A stretch of DNA of 64,000 nt from Octopus vulgaris (lineage: Eukaryota), in contig OX597815.1 of the NCBI GenBank assembly GCA_951406725.2, forward strand, positions 166,656,001 to 166,720,000, given 5' to 3'. This document shows positions 51,225 to 64,000 of this stretch, piece after piece. The translations under genes were made by a program, and so were the position numbers. The notes beneath the pieces are model-generated. The model had not been told where the DNA came from, ran no database searches, and saw only the letters and a list, made by a program, of their open reading frames with translations. The stretch's first letter is position 1, and each line of letters begins with the position of its first letter.

Positions 51225-51695
51225 ATGCATATATGAGTACAGGACACCAAAAAACGTCGAACACAATGAGAAACGAAAACATAAACACAAAACCAAGGAA
51301 CTGGACATTTTTTCTTAAACAACGAAAAAATAGAGTACAGGACAAATAACACAAGGAAAATTCCCTTCTTCAGTCGCCATGGTTTCATCTACTCCGCGTT
51401 TCGAAGGTGAAGGCGAGACGCGACTTCGGCTGAAACATTCCTTCCCGCAAAAAGCAAATTAAATAAAATTTGAGATTTTTTTACGGAGGGGTAAAAATGG
51501 TAACAAAAACAGGACAGTAAAGACAGTACAAAATATAAACGGTAAAAGACAGGACAAGCAGAATAACAGTAACACAGACAAGAAGGGCTGTTAAGCCGAA
51601 CGAGATAAAATATTACGAACGCTATTTTTGAGAACGGCGAAGGAGCCACAGAAAATGCCGTCTACATTCGGGGGAAGCTAGGTCAGAAAAGACAG

Positions 51696-51700
<5 letters not shown>
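51225..51700. repeat. Unclassified interspersed repeat between microsatellites
   Basis: Discrete, more CpG-rich block flanked by TA-rich tracts; no ORF or recognisable termini. Confidence 0.35.
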
Positions 51701-51737
<37 letters not shown>

Positions 51738-52636
51738 GGCGCAGGAGTGGCTGTGTGGCTGTATATATATCTTGAAGTCAAGAGATATGGAGTGGTGCTA
51801 GTGTACGAATACAGTTTTTGTGGGAAAACCCTGCAGATGATTATGAAGATATGACTGCCACAATTGCTTCAAGTTACACTAAGGATCAGGTACTTATAAC
51901 AATTAAATATGGGAATTAAGTACAATCTCTTAAGATGAATTGCCAATCTCCAGTTTTTATACACAAGTTTGGTTTCAATTATCAAGTTCACTTTAGGACA
52001 GATTTATTTTATTATCACCAACTTTTTGGGTTCGTTTTCCTTATGAATCGAGTTATGCTATCAACAATGTGGTTTAAAAATATTTTATTTTCGATAACGT
52101 TCCTAAACAAGACATCAATTAGGGTGAAGGCTGATGTTTATTAAGGGCTATTCAATAAACGAACATAGACCTAACACTGTTAGGGAAATTTCTGGTTAAG
52201 AAACTTAGACACAGTTACAGAGTAGTGTAGAGGAAATATTTGCTGAAAAAGTGATGTCTTCATTATATTCCCTTTGGTACCTCTTCTGTTTATAGCGGTA
52301 CAGCATATTTCATGATTAGTAACAGTGACTATTGCTGTTGAACAAGTCAGTGGAGCGGTGCAAACTGTAGAGAACTGGATTATACTTTACAGCAGCCATG
52401 AAATAGCTTGAAATTTTTTCAATAATGGAACTTGCCTAATGATGAGCCATGTGCCATGCACAATTTTATTTTCTTACCCATATACTCTACGCATCTGAAT
52501 GTTGGTTACATATTAGAAAAGTAAATAATTATTCTATGTGTATGTATGCACGAATGTATACATGTATGTATGTGTATGTATACATAAATACATGCATACA
52601 TACATACATACATACATACATACATACATACATACA

Positions 52637-52748
<112 letters not shown>

Positions 52749-52884
52749 TAAGAGAGTGGTCACTATATGGCTCACTCTAGCACCAGTTAATCCAAAAGGT
52801 TTCAACCACAAAAATACATGTTTCCCATGAAAGTCAGTACGATTGTTAGCTCACACGGACAGGGCAAATAAAAAATAACAAATA

Positions 52885-52980
52885 CAGATTATTTTGGGAC
52901 AATTGTTTCGCTATTAATGAATTAAATGTAATTTTACTTACAATAAAATCCACTTGTAGCTCTTCAGCCAAAACTATCTG
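52885..52980 (-). ncRNA. Type I hammerhead ribozyme, copy 1
   Basis: Reverse complement of CAGATAGTTTTGG-CTGAAGA-GCTA..TAGC-GAAAC-AATT-GTC-CCAAAATAATCTG. Confidence 0.85.
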
Positions 52981-53417
52981 GATGAAATCCACTCAATCAC
53001 ACGCCAGATTTTACCATAACGATAAATACGCGTGTGGTTCAATTGATTACATCCGACGTTATAATTCAAATGCCCCAACTAACAGCGCGCCAAATTTTCA
53101 CGGAAAACAAATACAGCATTTAGAAATAAATGCAGCATAATTATAATTAATTAATAAGGGTGAGAGAATTAGATACTAATTTAATAGTATATCTATTCTA
53201 CACCAAGTGGCCTAGTGCTCCGAGAAACCTGGATTATTATAATATTTTATAATATATTATAATATTTTTACAAAATAAATATAAGAGAGTGGTCACTATA
53301 TGGCTCACTCTAGCACCAGTTAATCCAAAAGGTTTCAACCACAAAAATACATGTTTCCCATGAAAGTGAGTACGATTGTTAGCTCACACGGACAGGGCAA
53401 ATAAAAAATAACAAATA

Positions 53418-53513
53418 CAGATTATTTTGGGACAATTGTTTCGCTATTAATGAATTAAATGTAATTTTACTTACAATAAAATCCACTTGTAGCTCTTCAG
53501 CCAAAACTATCTG
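53418..53513 (-). ncRNA. Type I hammerhead ribozyme, copy 2
   Basis: Same motif as copy 1, shifted by 533 bp. Confidence 0.85.
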
Positions 53514-53827
53514 GATGAAATCCACTCAATCACACGCCAGATTTTACCATAACGATAAATACGCGTGTGGTTCAATTGATTACATCCGACGTTATAATTC
53601 AAATGCCCCAACTAACAGCGCGCCAAATTTTCACGGAAAACAAATACAGCATTTAGAAATAAATGCAGCATAATTATAATTAATTAATATGCTGTATTTG
53701 TTTTCCGTGAAAATTTGGCGCGCTGTTAGTTGGGGCATTTGAATTATAACGTCGGATGTAATCAATTGAACCACACGCGTATTTATCGTTATGGTAAAAT
53801 CTGGCGTGTGATTGAGTGGATTTCATC

Positions 53828-53923
53828 CAGATAGTTTTGGCTGAAGAGCTACAAGTGGATTTTATTGTAAGTAAAATTACATTTAATTCATTAATAGCGA
53901 AACAATTGTCCCAAAATAATCTG
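53828..53923 (+). ncRNA. Type I hammerhead ribozyme, copy 3
   Basis: Stem I CAGATAGTTTTGG/CCAAAATAATCTG; CUGAAGA at 53841-53847; stem II GCTA/TAGC; GAAAC at 53899-53903; palindromic stem III ACAATTGT; GUC cleavage predicted after 53910. Confidence 0.88.
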
Positions 53924-54360
53924 TATTTGTTATTTTTTATTTGCCCTGTCCGTGTGAGCTAACAATCGTACTCACTTTCATGGGAAACATGTATTTTTGT
54001 GGTTGAAACCTTTTGGATTAACTGGTGCTAGAGTGAGCCATATAGTGACCACTCTCTTATATTTATTTTGTAAAAATATTATAATATATTATAAAATATT
54101 ATAATAATCCAGGTTTCTCGGAGCACTAGGCCACTTGGTGTAGAATAGATATACTATTAAATTAGTATCTAATTCTCTCACCCTTATTAATTAATTATAA
54201 TTATGCTGCATTTATTTCTAAATGCTGTATTTGTTTTCCGTGAAAATTTGGCGCGCTGTTAGTTGGGGCATTTGAATTATAACGTCGGATGTAATCAATT
54301 GAACCACACGCGTATTTATCGTTATGGTAAAATCTGGCGTGTGATTGAGTGGATTTCATC

Positions 54361-54456
54361 CAGATAGTTTTGGCTGAAGAGCTACAAGTGGATTTTATTG
54401 TAAGTAAAATTACATTTAATTCATTAATAGCGAAACAATTGTCCCAAAATAATCTG
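54361..54456 (+). ncRNA. Type I hammerhead ribozyme, copy 4
   Basis: Same motif as copy 3, shifted by 533 bp; cleavage predicted after 54443. Confidence 0.88.
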
Positions 54457-55189
54457 TATTTGTTATTTTTTATTTGCCCTGTCCGTGTGAGCTAACAATC
54501 GTACTGACTTTCATGGGAAACATGTATTTTTGTGGTTGAAACCTTTTGGATTAACTGGTGCTAGAGTGAGCCATATAGTGACCACTCTCTTATATTTATT
54601 TTGTAAAAATATTATAATATATTATAAAATATTATAATAATCCAGGTTTCTCGGAGCACTAGGCCACTTGGTGTAGAATAGATATACTATTAAATTAGTA
54701 TCTAATTCTCTCACCCTTATTAATTAATTATATATGTATATATATATATATATAAATAGAAAGATAGGTAAATAGATAGATAGATAGACAGATAAATAGA
54801 TAGGTAGATAAATGTAAGATCCAAGGACCAAGCAATCCGTAGAAAATATAAAAACAACATTCAGAAGCAATAGTGCTTTATTGGGGCGGATGTTTGTCGA
54901 TTTTTCTCGTATCGAAGTGTGATAAACTGAAAAAATTACTTTATATTTCACTGTTGGCAGTCAGGATTGGCAGGTATGCGAATAAAAATCGAAGAGTTAA
55001 GGAATGGAGAAGATAAAATCCGGGTTTCATATATTCTATAGGAGCGGAACTTCGGAAGTGGGAAGTATTCAAGTGAGGTGTATACCGCAGTCTGCTCTTT
55101 AGGTCAAAAGTATCTTGATTAAATGAAGTTTACTTTATCGTTAGGAGTTCCAAATGAACACACGGAGGATTCGACTTGATCGAATAAAA

Positions 55190-56925
55190 ATTCTCATGCC
55201 CTCCATCTTCTGTCCCTCCTTATAAGCCTCCTCCTCCTAATTCTGTCATGTTTCACTGTGTCCCTCTCAAACACCAAACAACCACTACGCACTGTCTTCC
55301 TTCATCCATTCCGGTCTTGTGCCTCCATCTCCCAATCATCAACTGCAATTCCTGTTTGTATTAGAGAACTTTTTAAGGCAATCCTTAAACCTTACTTCAG
55401 GCTTATGCACTGATCTCCCGCTATCTTCTAGCTCACCATACAACAGCTGCTTGGGCAGTCTTTCATCACATATCCTTACCAAATGTCCCCTCCCACCTCA
55501 AACGTCTTTGCAGAATCATTGACTCTATACTTTTACTGCCACTCTTCTCAAACATCAAATGGCCTTTTCTAGTTTATCCTCCATATTTTTCTCAGACAGT
55601 ATTGATAGTATCGTTCCAGTCGCCTTACATGCCTTCGGTAAATAACTCTTACCTCACTCACATATAGCAAAGATGGCAGGACGCATGTGTTATATACCTT
55701 AACTTTAATTTATGAAGATATATTATGTCGTGTCCACAGACGCCTATCAAGCCTACCAAAAGCACTACTAGCCCTGCTGATTCTATATGAAATGTTATCA
55801 AGGCCAACAGTGCTCAAGGTACTTCCTAAATAAATAAATCTTCAACCTTTGACCATTCACAGTTATAAAAGGTTCCACATATATCTTGGAGGGAGCAGGC
55901 TGGTACATTATAACAGTTTTTTCAGATTGATCGTTAGACTCAATGCTGTACATGCTGCAGAAATCGCATTCAACATGCGCTACATATCTTTCTGGGAATG
56001 TGCCAACAAGTCACAATCATCTGCATACAGGAATTCAATGATGTGAGAATGCAGAACTTTTGTTTTGGCTTAGAGTCTTTTGAGACGGAAGTTTTCCCGT
56101 TGTCCTGTATCTTATATAGACCATTTCAGTGCAATCTTTCAATGTTATTTGAAAGACTGTTGCAAAATACATAGCAAGCAATGTAGGATCAGGAATATCA
56201 CCTTGTTTTACACCATTTCTTTTACAGGAATTGGATCTGATAAGGTACCTCCAACATTAACTCTCATTTCCATCTTGTCATGAAACTGTCTAAGCATTCT
56301 CACAAATGTTTTAGGGCATCTTAGTTTTTTAAGGATCTCCCAAAGTGCAGCCCTATTGAAAAAATCGTTAGATCTATGAAAACCTAATATAAGTCCATAT
56401 CCTGTTTGATGCACTTCTCTTGCAATCGTCTAGCTGAAAATGTCATATCCATAGAACTCCTACTATCCTGGGAGAACCTCATCAGCAATGCGCAGAAGCA
56501 ATCTGTCCAGCATTAACCTACAAAGAACTTTTCCAGCAACAGCTAACAGACAGATGCCGCAATAATTAACACAGTTCGATTTATATAGTATCTCCATAGT
56601 CGCAACATGCCAATCCGGAGAAACCTCTTCACTATGTCAAACCCTCAGAATCACGTCCGTCAACATTGTACAGAAATTATCACCACCATATTTATATATC
56701 CCTGCACCTAGTCCATCCATACCATGGGCCTTCCATCGTTCAGTTCCCTGATTACCGTTTTTGTTTTAGCCAGGTTTGGAACCTCTGCTAAAAAATGTTT
56801 TGCTGGTCTCTCAAGTAAATTATCAAGAAGAGAGAGGTCAGCTTCAGTGAGTCTCTTGAGCAACTCATCAAAATGCTCTTTCCATCTCCCAACAATATCT
56901 TTAGGTTTTGTTAATAATTTATCGC
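55190..56925 (-). mobile_element. Older, decayed RTE-clade LINE
   Basis: NYCGICLLAVAGKVLCR..ALWEILKKLRCPKTFVRMLRQFHDKM..FLYADDCDLLAHSQ..LTINLKK..YLGSTL; many frameshifts. Confidence 0.85.
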
Positions 56926-57228
56926 CCCTGAAAGGATGAAAGGCATAGTCGACCTCGGCGGAATTTGAACTCAGAACGTAAAAACAGACGAAATACTTAT
57001 TTCTTTACTACCCACAAGGGGATAAACACAGAGAGGACAAACAAGGACAGACATACGGATTAAGTCGATTATATCGACCCCAGTGTGTAACTGGTACTTA
57101 ATTTATCGACCCCGAAAGTATGAAAGGCAAAGTCGACCTCGGCGGAATTTGAACTCAGAACGTAACGGCAGAGGAAATACCGCTAAGCATTTCGCCGGAC
57201 GTGCTAACGTTTCTACCAGCTCGCCGCC
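56926..57228 (-). mobile_element. Family M SINE (full unit plus partial tandem unit)
   Basis: GGCGGCGAGCTGGTAGAAACGTTAGCACGTCCGGCGAAATGC.. Confidence 0.9.
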
Positions 57229-57379
57229 TTGCAACCGTGGAATATTTATTACAGAATTTAGAACCGCCTTCTTCTGAGTTCAATTGGGCACATGACTTTT
57301 ACTATAGTCTAGGGGGTTGGTCAATCCTGTGCCAATGGAATTTGGTAGAAAAAATTTGTATGAATCCTATTCTGAGTGT

Positions 57380-57460
57380 TACATCCTTGGCCAATTTATA
57401 CCGGCGAAGGATGTAAATATCGATGAAAACATGGTGGTCTTTGAAGGAACTTCATTGAGA
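57380..57460 (+). pseudogene. Possible piggyBac transposase remnant
   Basis: GQFIPAKDVNIDENMVVFEG resembles the piggyBac YxPxxxxxIDESMxxFxG motif around the first catalytic Asp. Confidence 0.45.
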
Positions 57461-58210
57461 TGCATTTCGCTGTCAGAAATGCAAGGAAATGCAGCGATTA
57501 ACTGATTGTAAACTTGTAAAAAATAATTCTGAAGTTACAAAACCAAACGTAATGAACAAGTTATGTGAATTAATAAAGAATACTGTGATTAACATATAAA
57601 ATGTGGTCTTTATAGTGAATAAAAAAACGTAGTGTTTGGGGTAACTAGTAGTGGTCTGTATTGGCAAAAGTATTTCAAAAAAGATCGTTAATTTTGAGAA
57701 AATCGTAAGCAGTGGGGAAGACGTCTGTACTGACTTTTCAACAAAAATATTCATCGTAGTAACAGAAATTTATACTGATTACACCATGTAACCAATATTT
57801 TTGCTTTGTCTTTCGTCAGTAAGTGCTATTTCCTATTTGTTTCTATCTAGAACTCAAAGGAAATTACTGCTGTTCCTTTCAGACCTACTTTCTATTACAT
57901 TTTAAACAGATTCAGCGCTGAATTACTGAAGCAGAAATATCGCTATAGCAAATATTCTGCTCAATAACACAAATTTGCTTGTCAAATGCTTCTCCTTAAC
58001 CATTTGAGTATGTTCTTTAATGGCTGACGATATATGCAACTCTAATCACGACCAGGAGTAGTGGGAGAACATCATAGCCATGTGATGAGAGAGATTCTTT
58101 GAGATTTGATAAATGTAACAAAAGCAAAGTTTGAAAGAAATAGCCATTTTTCATACATTTTAGGGGTAAGCAAATAGGAAATAACAGTTGGTACGCAAGG
58201 ACAAAATTCG

Positions 58211-58632
58211 GGATCTTTTCGGTTTGAACGGCAGATTTTTCTAGCGGTGTCATATGAAATTGTCACCCATAATTATGACCCTAGTATCAATCTATTGCAT
58301 TTCAATCTGTTTTAGGGTTAGGGTTAGGGGTGGGGAGGAGGGTATCTATTTTTTTTCTTCACAAATGTAAATAAACCCAATCTGTTTCTTAAACGAGGGA
58401 CATATTCATACGGCACAGAATGTTTTTTTTACCTCAATAGACGTCAGTGATTGGTTGAAATTGCAGAAATTGAAGAAAAAAAACAACAAATATCTTACAA
58501 ACTATAGAATTTTCTCAATAAAGCCAAGAGAAAAAGATGTTTTATAAACACATTCTACCAGTATACGAAGTTTAAAATTTTTTAGTTACCTTGAAATTGT
58601 TAAAAACTGCCGTTCAAACCGAAAAAAAATCC
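58211..58632. mobile_element. Second copy of the GGATC-TIR MITE (opposite orientation), 8-bp TSD AAAATTCG
   Basis: GGATCTTTTCGGTTTGAACGGCAG...CTGCCGTTCAAACCGAAAAAAAATCC; internal (TTAGGG)3. Confidence 0.92.
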
Positions 58633-59809
58633 AAAATTCGTGTTACACAGTGTTTTGATGCAACTGATCTCTCTCTTTCCCCACTTCTCTCTTTCTTGTT
58701 TCTCTCTCTCTCTCTCTCTCTTCTTTTACTCAAAAAATACTTTTTTCGGTAAGCTGGGGCACATATAATCCTTCAGCATCAAAACTTAATCAAATTTTCT
58801 ATAATTATTGCTAAATGAGAAATGTAAATGTCTAAAGCAATTCTGGCCAAATTCACCATCGAAGGGCGAGAAATACTTCATGCGAGTAAGATAAATATGA
58901 ATTTTATATAGGTCAGTGTTTTCCAACAAACATTATTGACGACAGCATTCTAGTGTTTGTTTTGTTTTCTTCACTTGGCCTTGTACACTACATATTTCAA
59001 GAACTCGGCGAGATGAATATCAACATTCGGAAACTCTCCAATGTTACAGGAAACTTCATCCTCAACGGACGTGTAACTATGTAATATTTCCTGTGTAATG
59101 TCATTGTATAGGGCTCTGACTGAAATACAGAAAATATCTTAAGCAGCGAAAGGAGCTCTACAGTTATGATTTTGAATTCTACAATGAAAAATTAACAAAC
59201 AACATTAGGAAAATAGTAATGAACATGAGAAGAGGCATGAAATAAACAACGCTAGCATAAAAATTTCTTTCTAAAGAAATTCTGGTTAATCCTATGTAAT
59301 ACATCTTAAATAAAAACAAACTAGTTGCTGATATTATTGCTGTTGCACTCCAGGTCAGACCTGGTTGAGCAAATATGGTCAAATATGTTGCACCTGTTAT
59401 TATTCTGTCTTTTCTCGAAGCATATAGTGTCAAGGGCTTCAATATCCGTGTCCTTCAGATTTTAAGATGACTGGGTATGATTTAACGGGAATCCCTTACG
59501 GTTCGAATGAAGACGCACACAAACTGTATTATTCATTCTAACCTTTTTCCCCCGAAAGAAAAAGAAAATTGTACCAATAATTCCAGTTGATGTGTCCAGC
59601 TTTTAAACGAGCTGTACTGCATGGCTTCTCCTGTTTCTATCCCTACAAACTTTTCCGAAAGGTCACCGAAGGAGAAATGTAAGATTCTGGTGGATTCGTG
59701 CAGTAGCATATTGCTTGCATTCCTTGGTCAGGTAAGTCAGTTTCTCAAATAGCTGCTGATCTTATTCTCTAGGGCTTCTGCAATTATTCACAGACACATA
59801 CAAGAACGC

Positions 59810-59850
<41 letters not shown>

Positions 59851-60003
59851 GTTCATATATTTGTTTTGCAAGATTCTTGTATTATATATGTATGTATATA
59901 TATGGATATATATGGATATATACATATATATACATATACACACATATGTATATACATATATATATATAATATAAATATATATACATATATATATGTCTAT
60001 ATA

Positions 60004-60056
<53 letters not shown>

Positions 60057-60057
60057 G

Positions 60058-60088
<31 letters not shown>

Positions 60089-60094
60089 TCTTTT

Positions 60095-60190
60095 ATTCAT
60101 TTACGTGTTTCTGTCATTTGACTGTGGCCATACTGGAGCACCGCCTTTAGTCGAGCAAATCGACCCCAGGACCTATTCTTTGCAAACCTC
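60095..60190 (-). mobile_element. SINE family C, 3' tail fragment
   Basis: Reverse complement of GTCCTGGGGTCGATTTGCTCGACTAAAGGCGGTGCTCCAGTATGGCCACAGTCAAATGAC. Confidence 0.8.
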
Positions 60191-60196
60191 ATATAT

Positions 60197-60581
60197 ATGG
60201 AAGCACTCCGTCGGTTACGACGACGAGGGTTCCGGTTGATCCGAATCAACGGAACAGCCTGCTCGTGAAATTAACGTGTAAGTGGTTGAGCACTCCACAG
60301 ACACGTGTACCCTTAACGTAGTTCTCGGGGATATTCAGCGTGACACAGAGAGTGACAAGGCCGGCCCTTTGAAATACAGGTACAACAGAAACAGGAATTA
60401 AGAGTGAGAGAAAGTTGTGGTGAAAGAGTACAGCAGGGATCACCACTATCCCCTGCCGGAGCCTCGTGGAGCTTTAGGTATTTTCGCTCAATAAACACTC
60501 ACAACGTCCGCTCTGGGAATCGAAACTGCGATCCTATGACCGCGAGTCCGCTGCCCTAACCACTGGGCCATTGCGCCTCCA
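60197..60581 (-). mobile_element. tRNA(Arg)-like SINE (H2, B2, T1), full length
   Basis: Highly similar to 23177-23551. Confidence 0.92.
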
Positions 60582-60617
60582 CCTATATAATATGTATATA
60601 TGTATATATATATATGT

Positions 60618-60685
<68 letters not shown>

Positions 60686-61063
60686 GTATATGTACACAGA
60701 TGTATATACACACACGTACATGCATTCCCATTTTTTTTGTGTGAGAGTGTGTTTGAGCCAGCAAAACTAGCGAATAACTATGGCTTGGTAAAATGTACCA
60801 TACCTTCGCTAATTGTATTAGGTGCCCATGAACTTGCAAGAAAAAATAGATCACTTCTCGACTCTCCCACTCTAGGGTGTGGCAGCTGGAAGGAGAAAGA
60901 GCTGTACCACCTCTCACCTACCCCTTATTTTCAACTACGTAAACAGGAGTATCGGGAAACGAAGGGTATTACTCAAGGAAACAACATGCCGCGAGAGAAT
61001 TAGGAGGACTTAATTATTCGTATATATTAATAGTATCTTGTTAATTTAACTAAAATCCTTCTT

Positions 61064-61104
61064 CTTGCTATCGGAGTTTCATGCTACGGCGATCTTCAAG
61101 TGAG
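61064..61104 (-). ncRNA. Heavily degenerate hammerhead motif at the end of a probable PLE remnant
   Basis: CTCAC-TTGAAGA-TCGCCGTAGCAT-GAAAC-TCCGA-TA-GCAAG; same family as 63587-63627. Confidence 0.4.
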
Positions 61105-61909
61105 AACTATCTTCCTTCGGTATTAGGGATGGCTTTTATATATATACTGGAGCCCGTGACTGGCTTCATCGGTTGATTTCTAAGGTTTTGACTAGTTTAT
61201 TTTCTTTAGTTTCTTTCTAATATTTTTTTAAGACGTTGTCTCTTGTTGCTCTGTCTGCCAGTTCGTTGGTCTCCCATTTGTTTTCATTGTTCATTGGCTT
61301 ATCTGATGTTTATCTGAATATCAATTTGTAGATTCTGCTTTCTTGTAGTTGCTTTATTGAAATTTCTTTATGTGTTTATTATTTCGCAATGCCAAATTCA
61401 GTTGTCGTCCTCTATCTACCTGTGTTGTATATACTGATGCTTGCTTTCATGGTTAACTTAGGTAATTTATTTATGTTTCTATGATTTACTTATGTAGGCG
61501 TTTCGGGAGGTCGTTTTTGACTGTTGCATGCATTTTGCTCAAAGTGTGCGGCCTGGTGGTTAAACTGTTGGGCTCATAATTACAAGGTTGTGGGTACGAT
61601 TTATGAATCAAGGAGTGCGTTGTTTCATTCAGCAAGAAACGCTATTTCACGTAGCTGCAGTCTAGTTAACGAATGCCAGCGCAAAATTCTCCACTTTTCC
61701 TCCAATTGTGATACATTTGACGTGTCAATGGGTCTAAGATAGGAAAACCGACTACAGAAGCACCTAAAACAATTTGCAAAAGCATGGTGCGTGTTACCAA
61801 GACATACTCGCTTGCGAGTGACGGCTGTAGTAGTTGATTTACTTTGAATGGACTATATTTACATTTGTATTGAATATAGTTTCCATAATTGTACTAGCAA
61901 CATGCAAAC

Positions 61910-61939
61910 TCAACAACAGCAGCAACAACAACAACAACA

Positions 61940-61977
<38 letters not shown>

Positions 61978-62034
61978 CAGCAACACCGCACCCACCACCA
62001 CCACTACTAATGTTGCTGTTCTTGTTGTTGTTGT

Positions 62035-62067
<33 letters not shown>

Positions 62068-62121
62068 CAGCAACACCGCACCCACCACCACCACTACTAA
62101 TGTTGCTGTTCTTGTTGTTGT

Positions 62122-62153
<32 letters not shown>

Positions 62154-62279
62154 TTACAACCAGCAAAACCACACCCACCACCACCACTACTAATGTTGCT
62201 GCTACTAGTACTTCTACCAGCAACACCACACCTATCACCACCACTACTAATGTTGCTGTTGTTGTTGTTGCTGCTGCTG

Positions 62280-62325
<46 letters not shown>

Positions 62326-62346
62326 TACTACTACTACTACTACTAT

Positions 62347-62402
<56 letters not shown>
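61910..62402. repeat. Compound (CTA/CCA/TTG)n trinucleotide array with higher-order units
   Basis: CCAGCAACACC.CACC.A.CACCACCACTACTAATGTTGCTG recurs four times (~61977, 62067, 62160, 62217). Confidence 0.92.
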
Positions 62403-62403
<1 letters not shown>

Positions 62404-63029
62404 AAAGACATGTGTAGGTGGTGTGCATACAGTTACACATTCTCATACAGCTTTATAAACCTCTCCAGGAAGAAAGTATAAAAGTCTCAAACAAACGCGC
62501 GCGCACATACACAGACGGTCACACACACACACACACACTCACATTTACAAACACATATATGTATACTTGCATGATAAAGTTAATCCTTACAGAGTTACAA
62601 ATCTATGATTGTAAATGCATAGGCTGCATTAAATTCTAACAAAATCTGGTTACATACACCAACATCTCGTACATCTAAAACGCATTTTCAAACAAACAAA
62701 TCTATGCTCATAGATATGCACACAACCCAATACATATGCGTTGATACGCACTAAGATAAGCGCATATATACAACAGTTTCAAAGTTCATTCACACGTTAA
62801 CAACATACACTTAATCCATACACACGCAAACATACACGCAAATACTTACATGCATAGGAATATAGACGTAAACCAATCTAGTTATCTCGTAATCTAAGAA
62901 CAAACCAAACTAATTTATCAAAATCCGAAAATTAATTTCAAACCAGTATTTCGGTTATCAATATACACACTTCAACGCGTATATCTACTCGTTTCTCATT
63001 TACACTCTCACACTCTTTCTAACCTTTTT

Positions 63030-63175
<146 letters not shown>

Positions 63176-63386
63176 TAAATATATGTGCCCCATTTATATA
63201 TCTGTCTAGTTATATTTCTGTGTATATGCTATACGAATGTATATTTACATGTTAATATGTACACGTATGTATAGAACTTACATATGTATACACAAACACA
63301 TGATTACGTCTTTATGCCAACACCAATAGATTATCTGCATCTCGCCGAGTCATATATACAGAGGCATTGAAAGAAAACCGAACCAA

Positions 63387-63419
<33 letters not shown>

Positions 63420-63586
63420 TGTATGTATGTATGTATGTATGTATGTATGTATGTATGTATGCATGCATGTATGGATGTGTGAGTGTTTGTGTATGTGTGT
63501 GCGAATGTTTCTATGTGTGTATATGTCTGTATGTATATACACACGCACACACATATACATACACATGCACACACTGAACAAGTTTT

Positions 63587-63627
63587 CTTGCGACTCGAGT
63601 TTCATGCCAATGCAATTTTCAGGCGAG
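63587..63627 (-). ncRNA. Degenerate minimal hammerhead motif
   Basis: CTCGC-CTGAAAA-TTGC ATTG GCAT-GAAAC-TCGA-GTC-GCAAG; G8>A change, palindromic stem III ACTCGAGT. Confidence 0.55.
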
Positions 63628-64000
63628 TGCTAATATTCTTTCAATGCTTGTGTTTATTTTACATATGTTGGAGTGAGATCGTCCATGTCTCAAAGGTTAC
63701 AATTTTCATTGGTCGGTTTCCGATGTATTTTGGTGGGGGTGATGGAGCTACGTTTAATATGTCTCCTGTTTTCATTGGTTGCACTTCAGTGGCGTTTCAT
63801 TGTTTTGCTTCCGAAGGATTTATCTATGATCGTCGTCGTTTCATTTGCTAATTTGCTTTCTGCATTATCTATACTTTGGTAATCTTCACTGATGTTTTAC
63901 TATATGTTGTTTTCTTGTTTTAATTTCTGGTTTTCTAGTTGTCTAGTTTTTGTTCTATTCCTGATTTGGCGATATCCAATTTTGCTTCGGAGTACTTATG

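Noticed and set aside
51013-51354. N-terminal ~115 aa of the 412-aa ORF 50116-51354
   Set aside because: Chance open frame through flanking microsatellite and repeat DNA; RTE homology starts only near VDSLARNKAPG (~51012).
51360-51410. Permuted hammerhead-like words on the minus strand (GAAAC-GCGGA-GTA..CTGAAGA)
   Set aside because: Stems I and II do not close properly around the core, so it is not called as a ribozyme.
59640-59740. Possible exon ending at CAG|GTAAGT (~59728-59736)
   Set aside because: No clear acceptor or recognisable coding frame; an isolated donor motif is insufficient.

Overview
AT-rich, microsatellite-dense eukaryotic (animal) intergenic or intronic DNA. The SINE families and the extreme (TA)n/(CA)n/(GATA)n/(AAT)n load look like an octopus or other coleoid cephalopod genome (inference). 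I found no convincing host protein-coding exon; most ORFs in the track are microsatellite or SINE read-throughs. The window is a transposon graveyard: a decayed Ty3/Gypsy gag-pol, several R4/Dong (RLE) LINE remnants, two RTE LINEs (one nearly intact but 5'-truncated), CR1/Zenon ends, mariner, hAT and piggyBac fragments, two non-autonomous Helitrons, MITEs, many tRNA-derived SINEs and several Penelope-like elements (PLEs). Most notable: (1) a non-coding 533-bp unit carrying an intact type I hammerhead ribozyme, arranged as a tandem dimer folded back into a ~1.9-kb palindrome with four ribozymes (retrozyme-like, 52741-54730); (2) about nine further hammerhead motifs, mostly degenerate, in PLE ends and small fold-backs; (3) a near-full-length U6 snRNA fused to a SINE/LINE-type 3' stem-loop tail (candidate U6-derived SINE or chimera, 8859-9040); (4) SINEs showing all four head x tail combinations; (5) a telomere-repeat-containing MITE whose two copies have TSDs of different lengths.
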